Source of the DNA: a candidate division WOR-3 bacterium
Lineage (GTDB): Bacteria > Hydrothermota > Tepidihabitantia > Tepidihabitantales > Tepidihabitantaceae
Direction of reading: 5' to 3'
NCBI GenBank assembly: GCA_965649295.1
Contig: CBFGKH010000001.1
Span: 192,001-256,000 of the forward strand
DNA length: 64,000 nucleotides
The position numbers were made by a program, and so were the translations under genes. Each line of letters starts with the position of its first letter. The first letter of the stretch is position 1. Below, piece by piece: positions 1 through 9,214 of the stretch. The notes under the pieces are model-generated. The model was not told where the DNA came from. It searched no databases and saw only the letters and a program-made list of their open reading frames with translations.

Positions 1-321
1 AAGCTTGCCCGGGAACTTGCCAAGATCGCCACCGGCCGCACCCTCTATCTGCTCGATGAGCCAACCACCGGTCTGCACTTTGAGGACGTCCGGTTGCTCC
101 TCGGTGTGCTAAACCGGCTTGTTGACCGCGGCAATACTGTTCTGGTGATTGAACACAACCTCGAAGTCATCAAGTGCGCCGATTGGATTATTGATCTCGG
201 CCCAGAAGGCGGCGACGCTGGTGGGACGATCGTCGCCACTGGCACCCCCGAACAGGTTGCCGCCAACCCGGTCTCCCACACCGGCCGCTATCTCCGGCCG
301 CTCTTACCGACGTTAGCCTGA
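1..321 (+). CDS. uvrA: Excinuclease ABC subunit A, C-terminal part (runs off window start)
   Basis: Frame 1 reads [29 protein letters not shown]...[29 protein letters not shown], the typical UvrA C-terminal ABC motifs. Confidence 0.95.
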   Translation, partial: KLARELAKIATGRTLYLLDEPTTGLHFEDVRLLLGVLNRLVDRGNTVLVIEHNLEVIKCADWIIDLGPEGGDAGGTIVATGTPEQVAANPVSHTGRYLRPLLPTLA

Positions 322-346
322 CAGAACCGCAACCTGCTGCCCGGCG

Positions 347-2788
347 CTAGGCCGCTCGGCACTCTTGCTGCCGACTGCTGCCTGTCGCTCGCGCTCGCCC
401 GGACTTCTCAGCAGCAGGCCTCTTCTCTGCTGGCGGGCAGTGATCGGGAAACACCACCCGGCAGACATCAGCCGCAGTTCGAGCAAAGTGGAATCGCAGG
501 CTGCGGCGCACTGCTGGCGGCACATCCCTGAGGTCACGACGGTTCTCAGCCGGAAGTATGACATCGGTGATGCCGGCCCGGGCCGCTGCCAGCACCTTCT
601 CCTTGATTCCACCCACCGGCAACACTCGCCCGGTCAAGGTCAGCTCGCCGGTCATGGCAATGTGCGGGTCAATCGGCCGCTGCCGAAACAAAGACAGCAG
701 CGACGATAGCATCGCTACCCCTGCTGACGGCCCGTCCTTGGGGATTGCTCCGGCTGGCACATGAATGTGGACATCGGTCTCCTCCAACGCCGCATCATCA
801 ACTGCCAGTGCTGCTGCATGGGAACGGATATAGGACATCGCCGCCTCAGCCGACTCCTTCATCACTTCGCCGAGTGAACCGGTCAGCAGCAACCGCCGCT
901 TCCCTTTCATCTTCGTTGACTCAACAAAGATAATCTCGCCGCCAAACGGTGTCACCGACAGACCGGTAGCAACGCCGACTGCGCCAGTGCGAGCTGCCAC
1001 TTCCGAAGTGTGGCGTCGCGGCCCCAGCAGCCGATGCACTTCCGCCACACCAACGCGCACCGGCTTGTTGCGGCCCTCAGCAAATCGCTTGGCCAGCTTG
1101 CGGGCAATCGCTCCAATCTCGCGCTCCAGGTTCCTGACACCGGCCTCACGGGTATAGCCGCTGACAATCTCTCTCAACGCCTCATCGGTAAACTGCACCT
1201 TACTGCTCCGTAGCCCGCATTCCTCCAGTTGCCGAGGCACCAGATACTGACGCCCAATCTGTAGCTTCTCCTCGTCGGTATAACCGGGCAGCTCAAGAAT
1301 CTCCATCCGGTCCCGCAGCGCCGGGATAATCGTATCAATAACATTGGCAGTGGTGATAAACATCACTCGCGACAGGTCAACCGGCACTTCCAGATAGTGA
1401 TCCGAGAAACTAGCATTCTGCTCAGGGTCAAGCACTTCGAGCAGCGCCGAGGACGGGTCGCCGCGAAAATCGGTACCGACCTTGTCAATCTCATCAAGCA
1501 TCAGCACTGGATTCATCGAACCGGCATTGCGCAAGGCCTGCACAATCCGCCCTGGCAGAGCCCCAACATAGGTCCGACGGTGACCCCTAATTTCCGCCTC
1601 GTCGCGGATGCCTCCGAGCGAGAACCGGAAAAACTTCCGGCCCAGGGCCCGGGCAATCGAACGTCCAAGCGAGGTCTTACCCACTCCTGGCGGCCCGACA
1701 AAACAGAGTATCGGCCCCTTCGAATCCTGCTTGAGCTTGCGCACTGCCAGGTATTCAACAATCCGCTCCTTCACCTTGGCCAGATTGTAATGGTCCTCGT
1801 CCAGCACCCGTCGAGCGCGCCGGATGTCGAGATTGTCTTCAGTCTGAACTTTCCAGGGCACAGCCAGTAGCCAGTCAAGATAGTTGCGGGCAACCGCATA
1901 CTCGGCCGACGACGGCTGCATGCGACCAAGCCGTTCCAGCTCACGGTCAGCAGCCTGCCGGGCCGCCTCGGGCATGCCGGCCTCCTCGATCCGTTTCCGG
2001 AGCTCAGCCAATTCGGCCTGGGTCGCGTCACCCTCGCCCAGTTCCTTTTGGATGGCCTTCAGTTGCTCGCGCAGGAAATACTCGCGCTGCGTCTTGTCAA
2101 TCTCACCCTTGACCTGGTCACGAATCTTGGCACCAAGTTCGAGGATGTGCAGCTCCTTGGAAAGCAGCGGCACAATCGCCTGTAGCCGTTCCCGGGCATC
2201 GGTCAGCTCCAACAGTCGCTGCTTGTCGGCCAGCTCAAAGTTGGCATAGGTGGCCACGAAATCGGCCAGCCGACCTGGCTGCTCGATGCTCAACGCTGCT
2301 GACTGCATGTCATCCGGCATGTTCGGCGCAGTCTCCACCAGCTTGGCGAACATCTCTGCCACGCTACGCTGCAAGGCCTTGGTGGCAACATCGCTCGTAC
2401 CGGTCTCCTCCAGCACCTTCACCTTGGCCCGCAGATAGGGTTCGACTGCCGTGTACTCTATTGCTCGGCCGCGCTTCAATCCCTGCAGCAGCAGCCGCAT
2501 CGAGCCATCCGGCAGCCGTAACATCTTCAGAATTGCCGATATCGTGCCGACTTCATACAGGTCACCCGGCCCAGCTTCCTCTTCTTGCGAGGAATCGCGC
2601 TGGGTGATTGCACAGACAAGCTTGTTGCCGGTCAGGGCGTCATCCACGAGCTTGGCCGACCGCTCGGTCGAAATCACCAACGGCGCAACCAGCCCGGGAA
2701 AGACCACCCCGCCCTTGACCACCAACACCGGCAGCTCTTCCGGTATCACGGTCGGCTTGGCTTGCTGATTCTTCTCTTCCTCACTCAT
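347..2788 (-). CDS. lon: ATP-dependent Lon protease (endopeptidase La)
   Basis: LON N-domain, Walker A GPPGVGKTS, RGHRRTYVGALPG, catalytic PKDGPSAG and downstream KEK; start taken at ATG 2788 just after the Hsp20 stop. Confidence 0.96.
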   Translation of the reverse strand: MSEEEKNQQAKPTVIPEELPVLVVKGGVVFPGLVAPLVISTERSAKLVDDALTGNKLVCAITQRDSSQEEEAGPGDLYEVGTISAILKMLRLPDGSMRLLLQGLKRGRAIEYTAVEPYLRAKVKVLEETGTSDVATKALQRSVAEMFAKLVETAPNMPDDMQSAALSIEQPGRLADFVATYANFELADKQRLLELTDARERLQAIVPLLSKELHILELGAKIRDQVKGEIDKTQREYFLREQLKAIQKELGEGDATQAELAELRKRIEEAGMPEAARQAADRELERLGRMQPSSAEYAVARNYLDWLLAVPWKVQTEDNLDIRRARRVLDEDHYNLAKVKERIVEYLAVRKLKQDSKGPILCFVGPPGVGKTSLGRSIARALGRKFFRFSLGGIRDEAEIRGHRRTYVGALPGRIVQALRNAGSMNPVLMLDEIDKVGTDFRGDPSSALLEVLDPEQNASFSDHYLEVPVDLSRVMFITTANVIDTIIPALRDRMEILELPGYTDEEKLQIGRQYLVPRQLEECGLRSSKVQFTDEALREIVSGYTREAGVRNLEREIGAIARKLAKRFAEGRNKPVRVGVAEVHRLLGPRRHTSEVAARTGAVGVATGLSVTPFGGEIIFVESTKMKGKRRLLLTGSLGEVMKESAEAAMSYIRSHAAALAVDDAALEETDVHIHVPAGAIPKDGPSAGVAMLSSLLSLFRQRPIDPHIAMTGELTLTGRVLPVGGIKEKVLAAARAGITDVILPAENRRDLRDVPPAVRRSLRFHFARTAADVCRVVFPDHCPPAEKRPAAEKSGRARATGSSRQQECRAA

Positions 2789-2789
2789 G

Positions 2790-3209
2790 CTACTCAACCT
2801 TGATTACACGAGCACGGGCAGCTGACCGCGCCAGTTCAATCGTCAACACTCCATCACGCAGGCTTGTCTCATTACTCTCTGGCACAACCGTGGTCGGCAG
2901 GGTAATCCGCTTCTCAAACGGCCCATAGGTAATCTCCGACTCGTAAAAACTGACGCCCTGCCGCACCGCTGCCGGCACCGGCTTGCTGCCGCGAACAACA
3001 ACCATCCGCGGCCCAATCCTCAGCTCAATGTTGTTCGCAGGCACTCCCGGCAGTTCAAGCGTGATGTGGACGCTGTCGTCCGAGACAAATAGATCAATCG
3101 GCGGGTCCCACAATGGCGGCAGTTCATCTTCGCTAAAGAACTGCTCAAACATGGCATCAATCTCCCGTGCCATGCAGATTATTGCCCGTAGCCGATTGCC
3201 TGTTTGCAC
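2790..3209 (-). CDS. Hsp20/alpha-crystallin family small heat-shock protein
   Basis: WDPPIDL..., LELPGV, EITYGPFEKRITLP, LRDGVLTIEL; directly upstream of lon; start uncertain. Confidence 0.88.
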   Translation of the reverse strand: MQTGNRLRAIICMAREIDAMFEQFFSEDELPPLWDPPIDLFVSDDSVHITLELPGVPANNIELRIGPRMVVVRGSKPVPAAVRQGVSFYESEITYGPFEKRITLPTTVVPESNETSLRDGVLTIELARSAARARVIKVE

Positions 3210-3226
3210 CTTGTTATTAGACTTTG

Positions 3227-4111
3227 CTAGCCGCGCTGCTGATTCCCCGCGTCGGCCAGCGGCATTACCAGCCGTTCGATTCGCAGTGCCCGGCCGGTTG
3301 CGGCCTCAATATCAATCACCACCCCGCAGAGCCGCAGGTCGGCCTGCCCCGGTGCCAGCCGCAGCGGCACCATATCAATCATCCGCCGAATCGAAAGCTC
3401 CTTGTTCATTCCCAGCACAGAATCAAACGAGCCGCACATCCCAACGTCAGTCAGGTAAGCAGTCCCGCCTGGCAGAATCCTTTCATCCGCCGTCTGCACG
3501 TGAGTGTGCGTACCAACCACCGCCGAGACCTTGCCGTCGAGAAACCAGCCCATTGCCTGCTTCTCGGCGGTGGCCTCGGCATGGACGTCAACGATAATAA
3601 TCGGTGTCTCCCGCACGAGGTCATTCACCACCGGCATCGCCCGGCGGAAAGGACAGTCAATTGGCCGCATGAACACCCGCCCCGCCAGACTTACAACGGC
3701 AACCCGCACCCCGCCGTCACTCGCTACCGTACCGACCGGCTCTGGCCCCAGCCCCTCAGCTCGATTCGCAAGCGTCGGTCGCAGCTCGTAAATCGCAAAC
3801 CCACGCCCCGGCACATCCGGCGGATAATTGAGCGGCCGCAGAATCCGCCGCTCACTGGCAAGGTAGTCCCATGCCTCTTTCCGATCAAACGCATGGTCCC
3901 CGGTAGTGAGACAATCGGCTCCGGCTGCCAGCAGCTCCTCGGCCAACTTCGGCGTTATGCCATAGCCGCCGGCCGCGTTCTCAGCATTGACAATCACAAA
4001 ACTCGCGCCGAGGGTCTGGCGCAGTCTGGGCAGACCAGCAACAACCGCTCGCCGGCCCGGCTCAGCACAAACATCCCCAAGCACCAGCACCCGTACTGTC
4101 GCGCTGCTCAT
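3227..4111 (-). CDS. ymdB: YmdB-family metallophosphoesterase
   Basis: LGDV, VNAENAAGG, TTGDH, RPLNYP, DVHAEATAEK, GTHTHVQTAD, TDVGMCG; lies downstream of rny. Confidence 0.92.
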   Translation of the reverse strand: MSSATVRVLVLGDVCAEPGRRAVVAGLPRLRQTLGASFVIVNAENAAGGYGITPKLAEELLAAGADCLTTGDHAFDRKEAWDYLASERRILRPLNYPPDVPGRGFAIYELRPTLANRAEGLGPEPVGTVASDGGVRVAVVSLAGRVFMRPIDCPFRRAMPVVNDLVRETPIIIVDVHAEATAEKQAMGWFLDGKVSAVVGTHTHVQTADERILPGGTAYLTDVGMCGSFDSVLGMNKELSIRRMIDMVPLRLAPGQADLRLCGVVIDIEAATGRALRIERLVMPLADAGNQQRG

Positions 4112-4140
4112 CCCTCACTCCCTGCCTGCATTCCTTTCCC

Positions 4141-5712
4141 CTAGTGGGCGTAGCTCACTGCCCGCGTCTCGCGGATAACCGTCACCTTCACCTGTCCCGG
4201 ATACTTCAGCTCAGCCTGAATCTGCGCCGCAATCTTCGCTGCCAGGTCAGACGTATCCTCGTCGGTCACCCGATCCGGTTCGACCAGCACCCGGATTTCT
4301 CGACCGGCCTGAATCGCATACGCCTTCTCGACACCGGCAAACGACGCCGCAATTGCCTCCAGACTCTCCACCCGCTTGACATAGGTATCGAAGCTCTCAC
4401 GCCTGGCCCCGGGCCGCGAACTCGAGACACTATCAGCCGCCGCCACCAGGAACGCATACGGCGAATCAAGCGTTGCCTCCTCGTGGTGCGCGGCAATCGC
4501 ATTCACCACCACGTCCTGCTCACCACAGCGCTTGGCCAGTTCTGCCCCAATCTGCGCGTGTGTGCCCTCAACCGACTGGTCCGCCGCCTTGCCGATGTCG
4601 TGCAGCAACCCGGCCCGCCGGGCAATCGCTGCATCGAGATCCAGCTCCTGCGCCATCAGCCCGGCAAGGTAGGCGACCTCCTTCGAGTGGTTCAAGACGT
4701 TCTGGCCGTAGCTTGTTCGAAACTGAAGCCGCCCCAGCATCTTCGCCAGCTCCGGATTCAACCCGACAATCCCCAGCTCCAGTACCACCGCCTCACCAGT
4801 AGCCTTGATCGTATTCTCCAGTTCCTCCCGCGTACGGTTGACCAGTTCCTCAATCCGAGCCGGATGAATCCGGCCATCGTTCACCAGCTTCTCCATTGCC
4901 AGCTTCGCCACCTCACGCCGCACCGGATCGAAACCAGAGATGATTATCGCTCCCGGCGTATCATCAATCATCACCTCAACGCCAGTGAGAGTCTCAAACG
5001 TCCGAATGTTGCGACCCTCGCGGCCAATGATTCTGCCCTTCAGCTCGTCTGACGGCAGATTCACTACCGACACCGTCGTATCGGCCGCATGTGACACGGC
5101 ACAGCGCTGAATCGCCTGAATGATAATCTCCCGGGCCTCGGCCTCAGCCCGCTGCCGCGCCTCCTCCTTGATTTCCTTCGCCAGTTGTGCCGCCTCCAGC
5201 CGGGCCTGACTTTCCATATTCCGCAGTAACTCCCGCTTCGCCTCCTCCGACGAAATACCCGACAGCCGTTCCAGCCGGGCGTTCTCCTGCGCAATCAACT
5301 GGTCAAGCCGCTCCATCTTTGCCCGGGCGACCTTCTCCCGCGCCGCCAGGTCGCGGTCCTTGCGGATCAGGTCGGCCTCCTTCTGCGTCAACACACTGTC
5401 ACGGCGGGCCACAAACGCCTCCCGCTCAGCCAGCTTTGCTTCGGTGCGGTCCAGCTCCCGCCGGGCCGCCGCGGTCTGCGTCTCAAACTTCAACCGCTCC
5501 TTCTCCCACTCCGCCTTCAACTCGGCTTCGGCCTTGGCTCGCATCCGGTCAACCTCAGCCTGGGCCTCAGCCAAAAGCCGCTTGCGTTCGGCCTCGCCTG
5601 CTGCCAGCGAACGCTGCATCATCCGTCGGCTTCCCAGAATCCCGATAACCATCCCCAATGCTGCCACCACGACAAAAATCGGCACAGCCACCAAAAGGCT
5701 TACGCCATTCAT
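4141..5712 (-). CDS. rny: Ribonuclease Y
   Basis: N-terminal TM helix, coiled coil, KH motif KGRIIGREGRNIR, HD motif LLHDIGK, YAIQAGREIRV; start placed at the ATG after GGAGG (MNGVSLL). Confidence 0.96.
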   Translation of the reverse strand: MNGVSLLVAVPIFVVVAALGMVIGILGSRRMMQRSLAAGEAERKRLLAEAQAEVDRMRAKAEAELKAEWEKERLKFETQTAAARRELDRTEAKLAEREAFVARRDSVLTQKEADLIRKDRDLAAREKVARAKMERLDQLIAQENARLERLSGISSEEAKRELLRNMESQARLEAAQLAKEIKEEARQRAEAEAREIIIQAIQRCAVSHAADTTVSVVNLPSDELKGRIIGREGRNIRTFETLTGVEVMIDDTPGAIIISGFDPVRREVAKLAMEKLVNDGRIHPARIEELVNRTREELENTIKATGEAVVLELGIVGLNPELAKMLGRLQFRTSYGQNVLNHSKEVAYLAGLMAQELDLDAAIARRAGLLHDIGKAADQSVEGTHAQIGAELAKRCGEQDVVVNAIAAHHEEATLDSPYAFLVAAADSVSSSRPGARRESFDTYVKRVESLEAIAASFAGVEKAYAIQAGREIRVLVEPDRVTDEDTSDLAAKIAAQIQAELKYPGQVKVTVIRETRAVSYAH

Positions 5713-5730
5713 TGCTTCCTCCAAAACAAA

Positions 5731-5900
5731 ACCCCGCCGGGTCGTGCTGGGCCAAGTCTATGAACCCAGTGCTAAATCGGGCGCCTCAGTCGAGCTTTCC
5801 GCTACACCTTGCGATGCGGCAGTCCACTCGCCTATTGCGGCACCCAACTAATGGGTGTTGGCTCAAGACTCAAGCCACAATCACGGACACGGCAGGGAGC
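5731..5900 (-). ncRNA. ssrS: 6S RNA
   Basis: About 170 nt between zapA and rny, a classic 6S location; 5' UCCCUGCCGUG pairs with 3' CCCGGCGGGG, and UUGAGCC.../...GGGUUCA internal stems flank an unpaired central region. Confidence 0.8.
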
Positions 5901-5922
5901 CTGTCGTTACCGTCGGACCAGC

Positions 5923-6204
5923 CTAGCTGGTCCCGATGACGGTATCCAATTTGTCAATCAGCGCACCGACGCGACGACAGCACCAGTCGGGATCAACGCC
6001 CCGCTGCTGCCGCAACAGCTCATCCGCAAAGTTCATGGCGGCAAACACCGCCGTCCGTGTTGGCGACGGCTGACGAAACTGGGCATCAATCTCCCGCATC
6101 TTCTCGTCAACCATCCTCGCGACCTCAACAATATGAGCTTCGTCGCCGCTATCGGCTTTAACATTATAGTCACTACCAAAGACTGAAACTACAATCGACT
6201 TCAT
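5923..6204 (-). CDS. zapA: Cell division protein ZapA
   Basis: VSVFGSDYNV...VARMVDEKMREI...AVFAAMNFADEL; upstream of 6S and rny. Confidence 0.88.
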   Translation of the reverse strand: MKSIVVSVFGSDYNVKADSGDEAHIVEVARMVDEKMREIDAQFRQPSPTRTAVFAAMNFADELLRQQRGVDPDWCCRRVGALIDKLDTVIGTS

Positions 6205-6224
6205 AGGCTCCCGTCTGCTTGACT

Positions 6225-6434
6225 CTAACGCAGACGGTCGATGTTGTCAATGAGCTGGTCCAGCCGGGACAGTGCCTCCCGTCGGACCCGCTCCGACTCA
6301 GCCAGCTTCGCGGCCAGCTTGTCCCGCTCGGCCTGCAACTGGACAATCTTCTGCGCTGCCAGGTCAATCCGCCTTTCCAGCTTGCGGAAGAGCCTTTCCA
6401 GTTCCTGCCGCGGATCAGAGACCATCTCGCTCAT
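6225..6434 (-). CDS. Small coiled-coil protein, ZapB-like
   Basis: 69 aa heptad-rich (LERRIDLAAQKIVQLQAERDKL...RLDQLIDNID), immediately upstream of zapA. Confidence 0.65.
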   Translation of the reverse strand: MSEMVSDPRQELERLFRKLERRIDLAAQKIVQLQAERDKLAAKLAESERVRREALSRLDQLIDNIDRLR

Positions 6435-6440
6435 AGGCCA

Positions 6441-6468
6441 ATCCTAACCCGACCGCACCGCCTGTCAA
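6441..6468 (-). promoter_or_regulatory. Sigma70-type promoter for the zapB-like/zapA/6S/rny operon
   Basis: TTGACA-N16-TAGGAT, then 6 nt to the ATG at 6434. Confidence 0.65.
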
Positions 6469-6505
6469 TGCAGACTGTCCCGCTGCGCTGGCCACCAAGA
6501 AACTC

Positions 6506-6564
6506 GATCACCATTTGATCCCAAGTTGATCATTGACAAGGGGTTAGAAGTCTGTAGATCGATC
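6506..6564 (+). promoter_or_regulatory. R-M promoter with five GATC sites
   Basis: TTGACA (6533-6538)-N16-TAGATC (6555-6560); GATC at 6506, 6517, 6528, 6557 and 6561. Confidence 0.7.
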
Positions 6565-6568
6565 ACGA

Positions 6569-7561
6569 ATGCCGCGAAGAAAACAAACAGAACCCTTTGT
6601 GCCGGTTTCGCCCGATAACCCTCTCGGCATACTCATGGAACCGACAGAAGTAACGTGTTTAGCTGCTCGTGATGCGGCACGAACGCAAGACAAGCCAGCG
6701 GTCAAACAACTTCCATTCAGGCTGCACTGGTTCAACGCCAAGGCTGGCATCTGGCTCTACCAAGCAGACTGCCTGACATTCATGGACCGTGTCGCGGAAG
6801 CGCACCCAGACGGCCGCTTCGACATGATCTTCGCCGACCCGCCCTATTTTCTTAGCAATGGCGGCATCACGTGCCATGCTGGCCGCATGGTTTCGGTTAA
6901 CAAAGGCGATTGGGACAAAAGCAGAGGGGCCGAAGAGAACCACGAGCTCAATCGTCAGTGGCTTGAGCGATGTCGGCGAGTCCTAAGACAGGACGGCACA
7001 ATCTGGGTTTCGGGTACGGCGCATGTCATACATTCAGTCGGGTATGCCATGCAACAGCTCGGCTTCAAGCTCCTGAACGACATCGTCTGGCTGAAACCCA
7101 ACCCTCCACCAAACCTCTCATGTCGCTACTTCACCCACACAACCGAAACGCTGATTTGGGCCGCAAAGAGCTCAAGTAGCAAACACCACTTCGATTACCA
7201 GCTAATGCGCAAGCTGGCTGGTGGCCGCCAGATGAAGAGCTATTGGCCGGATGTCAAAGAAGACAAGGTTGTGCCGACCGGTCTGCTGGAGATACCACCC
7301 CCAGGCCGCGACGAAAAGCAATATGGCAAGCATCCGACTCAAAAGCCGGTCGCCCTGCTGGAACGAATCATTCTGGCAAGCACCCAGGAAGGAGCGTTGA
7401 TTCTTGACCCGTTCATGGGCAGCGGCACAACCGGCGTGGCTGCCGTGCGGCTTCACAGAATGTTCGTCGGCGTGGAACTGGTTGAGCAGTACGTTCACAC
7501 CGCGTCAAGACGCATAGCGGATGAGTTGAAGCACTCGGATCAGTTGAAAGTCGGCATCTAA
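6569..7561 (+). CDS. Beta-class N6-adenine DNA methyltransferase, DpnA (M2.DpnII)-like
   Basis: DMIFADPPYFLSNGGITC..GRMVSVNKGDWD, KPNPPPNLSCRYFTH, HPTQKP, LDPFMGSGTTG. Confidence 0.92.
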   Translation: MPRRKQTEPFVPVSPDNPLGILMEPTEVTCLAARDAARTQDKPAVKQLPFRLHWFNAKAGIWLYQADCLTFMDRVAEAHPDGRFDMIFADPPYFLSNGGITCHAGRMVSVNKGDWDKSRGAEENHELNRQWLERCRRVLRQDGTIWVSGTAHVIHSVGYAMQQLGFKLLNDIVWLKPNPPPNLSCRYFTHTTETLIWAAKSSSSKHHFDYQLMRKLAGGRQMKSYWPDVKEDKVVPTGLLEIPPPGRDEKQYGKHPTQKPVALLERIILASTQEGALILDPFMGSGTTGVAAVRLHRMFVGVELVEQYVHTASRRIADELKHSDQLKVGI

Positions 7562-8454
7562 TGCTAGCTAGCAGACAAGGCTTGACACCCGAGGCTTTCC
7601 TAGACGAGTTTCTGCGAACTCTCCAGCCTGGCGTGATCCCGCGATCTGAATTCATCGCCTGGTCTGCTATTGACCAGACCGTCGCTTCTGCCAGAAAGAG
7701 CCTTGAGTATTTTGAATCGTCACTCGCAGCTGCGGGGAAGCAAAGCCTGCTGAAACAGGAGATTGCCGATGCCCTTCTTGCCGACGATGATCCAGAAATG
7801 CTGCTACGCACTGCTTTTGCCCTGCTCGGCCACACCGGCGACCTTTTCGTATCCTCAGTTGACGACCTATCCATCAGGCAAGCTGCGGACAGAATAGCTG
7901 CTGGCGACCGAAAACAAGCCGAGCTTGTTGCGTCAATACTCACTGACATCGGAATCCATCGTGTCATTAGTCGTGAAAACGTTGTTGATACCTTCTTCGG
8001 CGTTCAAGTGGGACTTGAGTGCAACAGAAGGAAGAATGTCGGCGGCGAGGCCTTCAAGAATGCCGTTAGTATTGAGCTTCGTCGCACTGTCAATGAACTT
8101 TCCAAACGATTTGACGGACTGCAACTGAAGGAAGAGCTCAAGATCGCCTACAGCGGCATCTCAAAGACGGTCGATTTCGCGATAATCAAAGACAGCGCCC
8201 CTATCGTAGGTTTTGAAGCCAACTTCTACACGACAACTGGTTCGAAGCCAACTGAGATCAAACGGTCTTATCAAGCGGTGACTCAAGGTCTCAAGTCGGT
8301 CGGCGTTGAGCTTGTTTGGGTTACTGACGGCAAAGGCTATCTTCACATGCGGCGCAGCCTCAAGGATGCCTTCCGGGTCTTACCCAACATATACAACTTG
8401 GCAATGCTCCACAAGCACCTCACTAGCGACCTCACTGCTCTTCTCTCACAATAA
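7561..8454 (+). CDS. DpnII-family type II restriction endonuclease (GATC)
   Basis: RKNVGG, KTVDFAI, EANFYTTTGSKPTE, VWVTDGKG motifs; TAATG stop-start overlap with the MTase; appears less GC-rich than flanks. Confidence 0.85.
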   Translation: MLASRQGLTPEAFLDEFLRTLQPGVIPRSEFIAWSAIDQTVASARKSLEYFESSLAAAGKQSLLKQEIADALLADDDPEMLLRTAFALLGHTGDLFVSSVDDLSIRQAADRIAAGDRKQAELVASILTDIGIHRVISRENVVDTFFGVQVGLECNRRKNVGGEAFKNAVSIELRRTVNELSKRFDGLQLKEELKIAYSGISKTVDFAIIKDSAPIVGFEANFYTTTGSKPTEIKRSYQAVTQGLKSVGVELVWVTDGKGYLHMRRSLKDAFRVLPNIYNLAMLHKHLTSDLTALLSQ

Positions 8455-8657
8455 GGTCTGCAGCATTGTATGGCTCCTGGTTGTCCGCCTGAGCCGCTTT
8501 CCTCTCGAAACAGAAACCTATGGTTTGCCTTCGGGCCGATTTCCGATTTCAGCCCGCTGCCATCGGCTAATCGTCGAAGCGTCCTCACTAGTTATACGCC
8601 GGCCTGAGTGTATCTGAGCACAACAATCTGACCACCCAACTGACGGTAATCCCTGCC

Positions 8658-8694
8658 CACGGTCCTTGCACCTCCTTTGAGGTGCAGGGCTGTG
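8658..8694. terminator. Strong hairpin downstream of the R-M pair
   Basis: CCTTGCACCTC-CTTT-GAGGTGCAGGG, extendable with G-U pairs; no clear U-tract. Confidence 0.4.
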
Positions 8695-9137
8695 CCGCTC
8701 AGACCAGCCCTAACTCCCGCCGGTAGAACCAGCTAGCCGACTTCACGCCCCTCTCCCCTCCATCGTCCCCGGGATGGTCTCCACACCCGCCTGCTGACAT
8801 TCTTGCATGGGACATTGGCATTCTCATTCCGTTATCCTTGCTGAATTGGCTTCTCTTTGGGTCATCCGAAAGGTTGGCACCGGTATCAGCACAGCTCATC
8901 TCCACTGCGTTTGCTTCAGGACTTCCCCGCCTCCTCGGCTAGACCTCACCTGACGAGTCAGCAGCGACCTTCGCCCTTGCGCTTCGCTCTCGCTCATCAG
9001 AGCTCCGCGCTAATCTCTCTGACAAAGAGCCGCTATCACTCCTGGTCTCGGCCCGGCGTATCTGGTACCGACAGGTGACGGCTAGTCCTTTAGTCTGTCC
9101 TCGTGCCCTTGGTGACGAACCGTGCTTCGCACCTGGT

Positions 9138-9165
9138 TTGACTCAGCCTCCAAGCAGGCTAGAAT
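9138..9165 (+). promoter_or_regulatory. Sigma70-type promoter for the iscS-like operon
   Basis: TTGACT-N16-TAGAAT. Confidence 0.7.
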
Positions 9166-9214
9166 CGGCTTGCCGGCTCTGAACCGGCACTACTCCGGCT
9201 ACTGTCTAAACTAT

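Noticed and set aside
3224..5851. Long plus-strand ORFs (306, 302, 163 aa) opposite ymdB and rny
   Set aside because: They are antisense shadows of well-supported genes in GC-rich DNA and show no motifs
9122..9214. ORF-track start for the IscS homologue at 9122, and 10463 for IscU
   Set aside because: The 9122 extension runs through the promoter and homology begins at MMQAYFD; IscU has an SD and its family start at 10535
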